From an uncultured Candidatus Berkelbacteria bacterium (GTDB lineage Bacteria; Patescibacteriota; UBA1384; XYA2-FULL-43-10; CAINNR01): DNA of 64,000 nt. The position numbers and the translations under genes were made by a program. Location: the NCBI GenBank assembly GCA_903851235.1, contig CAINNR010000001.1:22432-86431 (forward strand), in the 5' to 3' direction. Shown piece by piece: positions 57,386-64,000 of this stretch. The notes beneath the pieces are model-generated. The model made no database searches and was not told the origin of the DNA. It saw nothing but the letters and a program-made list of their open reading frames with translations. The stretch's first letter is position 1, and each line of letters opens with the position of its first letter.

Positions 57386-58291
57386 ATGCTGTATGACGTA
57401 ATTGTTATCGGTGGCGGCCCAGCCGGTATGACAGCCGCAATATATACTTCACGCCGGATGTTAAAGACTTTAGTCATTACAAAAGAAGTTGGTGGTCAGG
57501 TGATCAAAACTCCGGATATTGAAAATTATCCCGGATTTGATTTAATTTCCGGTTCGGAACTGGCAATAAAATTTACTAACCAAGCAAAAAAATTCGGCAC
57601 CAAACTGGCCATTGACGAAATCCAACATCTGGAAGAGAAATCATCGGAATTTATTATCACCGGCATCAATAAAAAATATCAGGCCAAATCATTGATTTTG
57701 GCTTTTGGAAAGATTCCGCGAAAACTAAAGGTCAAAGGAGAGGACCAATTCAAAGGCAAGGGTGTTTCATATTGCGCAACTTGTGATGCACCATTCTTCA
57801 AACATAAAGTTGTTGTTGTCAACGGTGGCGGTAATTCAGCTTTCGACGCCGCGCTACTGTTAGCAAAAATCGCTGGAAAAGTCTACTTGATCCATCGTCG
57901 CAACGAATTTCGAGCCGAAGAAGTTCTGATTGAAAAAGTCAAAGGAATGAAGAATGTTGAAATCATTACCGGCGCGACAATCCATGAAATCAAGGGCGAC
58001 GAAGTTGTAAAATCATTGGTTTACCATAAGGATAGCAAGGAAACCGAAATTGATGTCGATGGTGTTTTTATCGAGATTGGTTACATTGTTGCTGATGGTT
58101 TGATAAAAGATTTTGTCGATATGGATGAAAAAAATCAGATCAAAGTTAACAAAGATCAATCAACTTCCCGCGAAGGCGTTTTTGCCGCTGGGGACTTGAC
58201 CAATTCATATTATAAACAAATAGTTATTTCCGCCGGTGAGGGCGCAATTGCAGGTCTTTCAACCGCAAAATATGTTGACGAAAGAAAATAG
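57386..58291 (+). CDS. trxB: Thioredoxin reductase
   Basis: GGGPAG, GVSYCATCD, GGGNSA, FAAGD. Confidence 0.95.
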   Translation: MLYDVIVIGGGPAGMTAAIYTSRRMLKTLVITKEVGGQVIKTPDIENYPGFDLISGSELAIKFTNQAKKFGTKLAIDEIQHLEEKSSEFIITGINKKYQAKSLILAFGKIPRKLKVKGEDQFKGKGVSYCATCDAPFFKHKVVVVNGGGNSAFDAALLLAKIAGKVYLIHRRNEFRAEEVLIEKVKGMKNVEIITGATIHEIKGDEVVKSLVYHKDSKETEIDVDGVFIEIGYIVADGLIKDFVDMDEKNQIKVNKDQSTSREGVFAAGDLTNSYYKQIVISAGEGAIAGLSTAKYVDERK

Positions 58292-58349
58292 TTTTTGATA
58301 AAATAGCCACTTCAATTTCAAATCCGAACGATAATTTCTACCCAATAAA

Positions 58350-59591
58350 ATGACAGATCTATTTGATGAGAACCTAAAAATGGGGGCTCCTCTTGCTGAC
58401 CGGATGCGGCCGGCTGATTTTGGCGAATATATCGGTCAAGATCATATCTTAGGCAAAGATAAAATATTACGCCGTGCGATTGAAGCTGACAAATTATTTT
58501 CGATGATCCTTTGGGGACCTCCGGGCTCGGGCAAGACGACACTCGCAAGATTGATTGCCAATAAAACCAAATCTTTTTTTCAACCGTTTTCCGCTGTAAC
58601 TTCAGGTATCGCAGATGTTCGAAAGGCACTGGACGAAGCTAAAAACCGGAAAAAATTTCATCAGCAAAAAACCGTACTTTTTATTGATGAAATTCATCAT
58701 TTTAATAAAACTCAACAGGACGCTTTTCTGCCAGCGGTTGAAGATGGCACAATAATTTTAATTGGCGCAACGACGGAAAATCCGTCATTTCAAGTCAATG
58801 CGCCGTTATTATCACGAGCCAGAGTTTTTCACTTGCGTGAACTTTCCGAAGAGGATATTGTCAAGATTCTGAAATTTGCAATCAAAGATAAACATCGTGG
58901 GTTTGGAAAATTAAAAATCAAGATTGACAACGCGGCTATTAAGCATTTTGCAAAACTTTGCGAAGGCGACGCTCGTGACGCTTATAATGCATTGGAGTTG
59001 GTAATCCTAACCGGCAAAAAAGATAAAACCGGAAGAATAAATATTAACCTGACTGATGCTGAGGAGGCAATTCAAGCGAAGTTTATTCGCTACGACAAAG
59101 CCGCCGACGGGCATTTCGATGCTATTTCCGCCTTGCACAAATCAATTCGTGCATCAGACACTGATGCTTCCCTCCATTATTTGGCGCGAATGGTCGAAGC
59201 CGGCGAAGAACCACTCTATATAGCAAGGCGGTTAATCCGCGTCGCTTCCGAAGATATTGGTCTTGAGGATCCGCAAGCTTTGATTTTGGCGACATCAACT
59301 CAGCAGGCGATCTCATTTCTTGGCATGCCGGAAGCCAATTTGGCTCTTGCAGAGTTGGTAATTTATTTATCCATTGCCAAGAAATCTCGAGCTGTTAACG
59401 ATGCCTATCTCGCCGCACAAGAAGATGTCAAAATCCAACGGCTTGATCCGATTCCGCTTGACATCCGCAACGCACCTACAAAGATGATGAAGGATTTTGG
59501 CTTTGGTAAAGGCTACCAGCCTTATGTAAAGAAAGATCATCGACCGGAGAATTTACAAAATCGCAAATATTGGCAAGACGATTCCAAATAG
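58350..59591 (+). CDS. rarA: Replication-associated recombination protein A
   Basis: PLADRMRP, GPPGSGKTT, DEIH, GATTENP, ASEDIG. Confidence 0.96.
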   Translation: MTDLFDENLKMGAPLADRMRPADFGEYIGQDHILGKDKILRRAIEADKLFSMILWGPPGSGKTTLARLIANKTKSFFQPFSAVTSGIADVRKALDEAKNRKKFHQQKTVLFIDEIHHFNKTQQDAFLPAVEDGTIILIGATTENPSFQVNAPLLSRARVFHLRELSEEDIVKILKFAIKDKHRGFGKLKIKIDNAAIKHFAKLCEGDARDAYNALELVILTGKKDKTGRININLTDAEEAIQAKFIRYDKAADGHFDAISALHKSIRASDTDASLHYLARMVEAGEEPLYIARRLIRVASEDIGLEDPQALILATSTQQAISFLGMPEANLALAELVIYLSIAKKSRAVNDAYLAAQEDVKIQRLDPIPLDIRNAPTKMMKDFGFGKGYQPYVKKDHRPENLQNRKYWQDDSK

Positions 59592-59654
59592 TTTATAATA
59601 ACCAGAGAGGCTGGTTTTTTGGATCAAATCTTCATAATTAATTTGTGAGGGGTA

Positions 59655-60806
59655 ATGAAAGACTCAGAACTAAATAACAGTAAAGACAATGTTGTTGTTA
59701 AAGGCAAAAAAACTTTTCGACAAAAATTGGCAGATTTTTGGTCAAAAAAACGAAACCGAATACTAGTTATTGTTTCCATCATTGTTTTGATCTTCATAAT
59801 TTTGGTTATCGGTTTCTATTATCTTATTTACAAACAAGATGGCGCAAATGTGACTTTGGATGTCCAAAAAACGACCGAGGCTGTTAAGCCCCAACTTTAT
59901 CAATCAATTCTGGATGGAACTATGGTTAGTTCTGATGATGCTAACCGTCACCCTTTGGGCATTATGGTTGAAAATCACATCGACGCTCGTCCACAATCAG
60001 GATTGTCTCAGGCTTCAATCGTTTATGAAGCAATCGCTGAAGGCGGTATCACTAGATTTCTAGCGGTTTATGGTCCAAAAAGCGCAACAAAAGTTGGCCC
60101 TGTCCGCTCAGCCAGAACTTATTATGTCGATTGGATTCGCGAACTGAATGGTTATATGGCTCACGTTGGTGGAAATTACGACGCCTTGACAATGATAAAA
60201 ACTATCGGAATTTTGGATATTGATCAATTTGCCAATCCATCAGCGTATTGGCGAGACACTTCACAAAAAGTATCATCCGAACACACTATGTACACTGACA
60301 CAACCAAACTGTACAGCATAGCCACCAATAAAAAATATCCTACCGCAAACACATTCATTCCTTATGCTTTTAAAGTTGAGCCAGATCCTGCGTCAATAAT
60401 ACCAACAGCTCAAACAATTTCAATCAATTTTGGCAATGCTAATTACAACGTTGTTTATAATTACAACAAAACCACTAACAGTTATCTTCGAAATCTTGCC
60501 GGAAAACCGCATATCGATGCCGTCAATAGCCAACAACTCTCGGCTAAAAATATTGTGGTTCAAATGGTTAATCGCCGGTCGACAGTCACAGCTATCAATG
60601 AACAGGGCTATATTATGGATACGGTTGGAACTGGCGTGGCAACGGTTTTTCAAGACGGCGCAAAAATTGACGCCACATGGAAAAAAGATAACGAAAACTC
60701 CCGTACCAGATTTTTCAACAAAACCACCGGTGCTGAAATTCAGTTTAATCCCGGTCAAACCTGGATCGAGGTTATTTCACCTGATTTAACATTTTCCGCA
60801 TCATAA
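59655..60806 (+). CDS. DUF3048 domain membrane-anchored protein
   Basis: MVENH..ARPQSGL, AEGGITRF, GPVRSAR. Confidence 0.9.
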   Translation: MKDSELNNSKDNVVVKGKKTFRQKLADFWSKKRNRILVIVSIIVLIFIILVIGFYYLIYKQDGANVTLDVQKTTEAVKPQLYQSILDGTMVSSDDANRHPLGIMVENHIDARPQSGLSQASIVYEAIAEGGITRFLAVYGPKSATKVGPVRSARTYYVDWIRELNGYMAHVGGNYDALTMIKTIGILDIDQFANPSAYWRDTSQKVSSEHTMYTDTTKLYSIATNKKYPTANTFIPYAFKVEPDPASIIPTAQTISINFGNANYNVVYNYNKTTNSYLRNLAGKPHIDAVNSQQLSAKNIVVQMVNRRSTVTAINEQGYIMDTVGTGVATVFQDGAKIDATWKKDNENSRTRFFNKTTGAEIQFNPGQTWIEVISPDLTFSAS

Positions 60807-60827
60807 TTTTAAGATATAGGAGTATTC

Positions 60828-62129
60828 ATGGCGAAAATTTCAAAGATAATTCCGCTTGAAGTTCTTGATTCTAGAGGTAATCCGACAATTTATGTCAAGA
60901 CCGTTCTCGAAGACGGCTCAGTTGGTGTTGGTTTCGTTCCCTCTGGCGCCTCAACCGGTAAATACGAAACGGTTGAGCTTCGCGACAATGACCCAAAGCG
61001 TTTTGACGGTAAAGGTGTTTTGAGCGCAATCAAGAATATTACGGACATAATTTCTCCGGCAATTGTCGGAGTTGAATTTGAAGATTTCCGCCAAGTCGAT
61101 GAAAAAATGATTCAGCTCGATGGAACTCCGAATAAATCTAAACTTGGTGGAAATGCCACATTGGCAGTGTCAATTTCCGTTGCCGATGTTTTGGCCAAAA
61201 GTAAAAAAACCGAAATGTTCGCTTATCTCGCACCTTATTTCGGGCAATCCGATTCCTATACACTGCCACTTCCATACTTTAATATTCTAAATGGTGGCAA
61301 ACACGCTGTCGGTTCAACCGATTTTCAAGAATTTATGGTCGTTCCGGTGAAGTTTCCAAATTTTTCCGGTGCTTATCGAGCCGGGACAGAAATCTATCAT
61401 GCTCTTGGAAAAATTTTATTAGAGAGAAATTATCAGCCGTTGGTAGGTGATGAAGGCGGTTTTGCTCCATCACTTTTTTCTAACGAACAAGCGATGGAAC
61501 TTCTGATGATGGCAATTAAGGATGCCGGTTATACCGCTGGAGAAGAAGTGTTTATCGCGCTTGACCCGGCAGCATCACGATTCTTTTATCAAAATGTCTA
61601 TCAACTTCATCGCGAGAATAGAACATTTACTGGTGATGAACTGATTGATTTTTACAAAGTTTGGGTCGAAAAATATCCAATTATTTCCATCGAGGATGGT
61701 TTAGATGAAGATGATTGGAAAAATTGGCAACGTTTGACAGCAGAAATTGGCAGCCATGTTGACACAATCGGTGATGATTTGTATACCACCAATAAAATCA
61801 GACTGCAAACCGGCATTGCTCAGCATGCATCTAACGCTATCCTGATTAAGCCGAATCAAATAGGCACGCTGTCAGAAGCAATAGAAACAATAAATTTCGC
61901 CAAACAAAACAATATTAAATATATGATTTCTCACCGATCGGGAGAAAATGAGGATACATTCATCGCTGACTTGGCAGTCGCCGCCGGTGGAGGTATGATC
62001 AAGTCCGGTGCACCTTGCCGAAGCGAACGAACCTCAAAATATAATCGAATCAAGGAAATTGAAGCCATGCTCGGCGACAAAGCCAAATTGGCAACTCGCG
62101 ATGTCAGCCAAAATACCGGATTGCAGTAA
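60828..62129 (+). CDS. eno: Enolase
   Basis: LDSRGNPT, VPSGASTG, GDEGGF, SHRSGE, RSER. Confidence 0.98.
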   Translation: MAKISKIIPLEVLDSRGNPTIYVKTVLEDGSVGVGFVPSGASTGKYETVELRDNDPKRFDGKGVLSAIKNITDIISPAIVGVEFEDFRQVDEKMIQLDGTPNKSKLGGNATLAVSISVADVLAKSKKTEMFAYLAPYFGQSDSYTLPLPYFNILNGGKHAVGSTDFQEFMVVPVKFPNFSGAYRAGTEIYHALGKILLERNYQPLVGDEGGFAPSLFSNEQAMELLMMAIKDAGYTAGEEVFIALDPAASRFFYQNVYQLHRENRTFTGDELIDFYKVWVEKYPIISIEDGLDEDDWKNWQRLTAEIGSHVDTIGDDLYTTNKIRLQTGIAQHASNAILIKPNQIGTLSEAIETINFAKQNNIKYMISHRSGENEDTFIADLAVAAGGGMIKSGAPCRSERTSKYNRIKEIEAMLGDKAKLATRDVSQNTGLQ

Positions 62130-62153
62130 ATTTAATTAAGAATCGATAATCAC

Positions 62154-62188
62154 AAAAATCCCCTTTGATATTATCTCGGGGGATTTTT
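62154..62188. terminator. Bidirectional terminator
   Basis: aaaaatcccc...ggggattttt between convergent eno and the transglycosylase. Confidence 0.8.
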
Positions 62189-62197
62189 GATTTTTAT

Positions 62198-62926
62198 TTA
62201 GAAGCCTAAACTTTGTGCAACTGACATAACCTTATTGAAATATGAAGATGATGGGTTATATGACCACAAAGCGGTTTTATATCTATTTGCGGAACCACCG
62301 GAAGCGGCAAGATAACGAGCAGCGGTGTAAGCGGCATCAACAATATTGTTTCTGTCGGCATAACCGTCACCATTTGCATCAACTTTCCAATGTTCCCAAG
62401 TTCCCGGCATAAATTGAAACGGTCCGCCGGCCCCGGAAGGGTTGGTTTTGGTTGTTGATCCGACACAACCGGTTTCAACATAGTTGATTCCTTTCAATAC
62501 CTGCCAGCTAATACCATAAGCGGCACCGGCAGTCTGATAGACCACATCAATGTTGGCCGGGTCATTATAAACCCGGGTCACTGTCGTCTTGGCCGATTTG
62601 GCAGCCTTGGCGACTTGTGCAGCTTTGGCAGCATTTTCAGCCGCGACTCTGGCGGCAATTTGATCCTGACTATCTCCAGGAACAATTGTCGGAGTTTTTA
62701 CCGCAACATCAACAATTTGGCTATTTTTGGACAACACAACATTGCTTTTGAAAGTTGTCTGATTTTGATCGGCCATTGCCGGCAAAACAGATAACGGAAT
62801 AAAAGCGCCAATAATGGCAAAAGACGCCATTTTGGTAAAATGTCGGTTTTCGATTGATATTTTTTTAATGTACGATTTGATCCTCTCCTGAAGTCCGCTC
62901 AAGGCGGATTTAATTTGAAGAATCAT
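62198..62926 (-). CDS. Secreted lytic transglycosylase (SLT/lysozyme-like); start uncertain
   Basis: YVET catalytic Glu, GAGGPFQFMPGTW, AARYL, ALWSYN; candidate starts 62926 (ATG), 62869 (ATT), 62830 (ATG). Confidence 0.88.
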   Translation of the reverse strand: MILQIKSALSGLQERIKSYIKKISIENRHFTKMASFAIIGAFIPLSVLPAMADQNQTTFKSNVVLSKNSQIVDVAVKTPTIVPGDSQDQIAARVAAENAAKAAQVAKAAKSAKTTVTRVYNDPANIDVVYQTAGAAYGISWQVLKGINYVETGCVGSTTKTNPSGAGGPFQFMPGTWEHWKVDANGDGYADRNNIVDAAYTAARYLAASGGSANRYKTALWSYNPSSSYFNKVMSVAQSLGF

Positions 62927-63086
62927 GTACGAAATTCCGGCGTTCGAACCCGCCAAAGGCAGGCATGCGCGCCACCGAAGTGGCTCTACTTGCGCCGAAA
63001 ATTATTAATTATATAAGCTCACATTGTGCTCATCGACTAAACGAGCCCGCTGTGAACCAAAAATGTCGCCCCCTTTCGAAGACAAC
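62880..63086 (-). promoter_or_regulatory. Long structured 5' leader of the transglycosylase
   Basis: Promoter TTGACT-N17-TATACT at 63093-63121; hairpin, three-way junction with UUCG loop, then a hairpin next to the SD. Confidence 0.6.
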
Positions 63087-63158
63087 TTCTCCAGTATAGC
63101 ATATACTTTCCAAAAAGTCAATACCAAAGTGGATTAATGACACTATTTTAAATAATAT

Positions 63159-63302
63159 AAAAAAAGTCCCGCCATCAGCATGATGACGGGGGCACGGAGA
63201 ATGATTGCTTGCCGTATTAGCGTCTGCTGCCAATACGGTGCCTAGGATGATATTTTCCCGATGCATTTATCGGCCTCGCAGACTATGGCCGTCGCATCGA
63301 TC
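63159..63302 (-). ncRNA. Candidate kissing-loop ncRNA
   Basis: TTGACA-N17-TATCGT promoter, two hairpins with complementary loops (GUCUGC/GCAGAC), intrinsic terminator. Confidence 0.6.
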
Positions 63303-63374
63303 ATTAGTACGATATCATATCAGATTTTATTTGTCAATGTTTTTTTGGTTTTATTTTTCGGTTATGATAAAATC

Positions 63375-63854
63375 ATGCGCAATGAACAATGGTTGGAAAA
63401 TCGATTTGAATATATTTTTCGCAATTACTTTGCCGATGTTGAGGCGACGAATCAAATCGAAATAATGTGGGGCAGGCGATCGCGAAGGCAACTTGGTTGT
63501 ATTAAAAAAGAGCAACCAAAAACCCTGGCCGATCGTTTTAAGCGCGATTTCATAACCATTATAGTGATTAATGGTTTGTTTCGCGATGAGGTAATACCGG
63601 AATTTATCATTGATTCGGTGATCGTTCACGAAATGGCCCATTACGCCCATGGATTTAATTCGCCAATCGAACAAAAATACCGTCATCCGCACAAAGGGAA
63701 TGTTATCCGTCGCGAGTTTTTGCTGCGAGGAATTGGTGATTTGGAAAAATTGCAAAAAAAATGGATGAAGGAGAATTGGCAAAAATATTTGGATGATAAT
63801 TTTCCTCAATCGCGAAAAATTCACAAACGACGAGTAAAATTATTCTTTCGATAA
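63375..63854 (+). CDS. SprT-like zinc metalloprotease
   Basis: WGRRSRRQLGCI...HEMAHYAH...HPHKG; ATG 63375 preferred over 63261. Confidence 0.8.
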   Translation: MRNEQWLENRFEYIFRNYFADVEATNQIEIMWGRRSRRQLGCIKKEQPKTLADRFKRDFITIIVINGLFRDEVIPEFIIDSVIVHEMAHYAHGFNSPIEQKYRHPHKGNVIRREFLLRGIGDLEKLQKKWMKENWQKYLDDNFPQSRKIHKRRVKLFFR

Positions 63855-63927
63855 AATTATTGATTATAAAAATCCCACTTATTTGAGCGATTGTTTGAAA
63901 AAATGAGATTTTTGATGAATTATAGTT

Positions 63928-63968
63928 AAAAAAAATCCGGCAACCACATAACGTCGTGATCGCCGGAC
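63928..63968 (-). terminator. Terminator of an off-window minus-strand unit
   Basis: tccggcgatcac/gtggttgccgga followed by a T run on the minus strand. Confidence 0.7.
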
Positions 63969-64000
63969 AGTTCTAGATCTCCTCGGAGTCCCAAGGTGCC

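Noticed and set aside
62940-62965. c-di-AMP (ydaO) riboswitch suggested by cgaacccgcca
   Set aside because: On the wrong strand for the transglycosylase, and the other conserved blocks (GCTGAA, GGGGTGAAT, AGCTAAC) are absent
63030-63465. ORFs 63030-63266(-), 63205-63465(+) and the 63261 start of the SprT-like gene
   Set aside because: They cross promoters and a terminator; the region is better explained by the structured RNA and a start at 63375
1-64000. CRISPR array, transposase, integrase, reverse transcriptase or rRNA
   Set aside because: No regularly spaced repeats and no DDE, tyrosine-recombinase or YxDD RT motifs recognised in the ORFs; no rRNA-like sequence

Overview
Core-genome window of a Patescibacteria (CPR) bacterium using the standard genetic code (TGA acts as a stop). 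The lineage is inferred from the missing rpmD/L30, the short PheS and AspS, and the gene order. It contains the 3' part of the spc operon and the alpha operon, which are separated by a ~6 kb accessory block. A Fic/lipoprotein accessory block is followed by pheST-aspS, rpmF-nusB-rnc, leuS and tRNA-Ala(GGC). Next come an acetate-fermentation operon (tandem gpmI, pduL, ackA, 2-oxoacid:ferredoxin oxidoreductase), tRNA-Leu(CAA), a sortase and murA-mreB with glycosyltransferases. The window ends with nusA, clpC, hisS, rlmD, lexA, trxB, rarA, eno, a lytic transglycosylase and an SprT-like protease. I saw no CRISPR array, transposase, integrase or reverse transcriptase. The most unusual signals are non-coding: a ~140-nt promoter-to-terminator RNA with a predicted 6-bp kissing loop, directly upstream of a second structured leader on the transglycosylase gene; a stand-alone small RNA after hisS; a repeated SD-hairpin-AUG module before rplO, secY and rpsD; and structured leaders on the DEAD-box helicase, rpmJ and nusA. 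Other points of interest are several small ORFs missing from the track, a divergent second iPGM, a TM-less LPxTG-like protein and an orphan resembling CPR DGR targets. All RNA structures were folded by eye and none was checked against a database.
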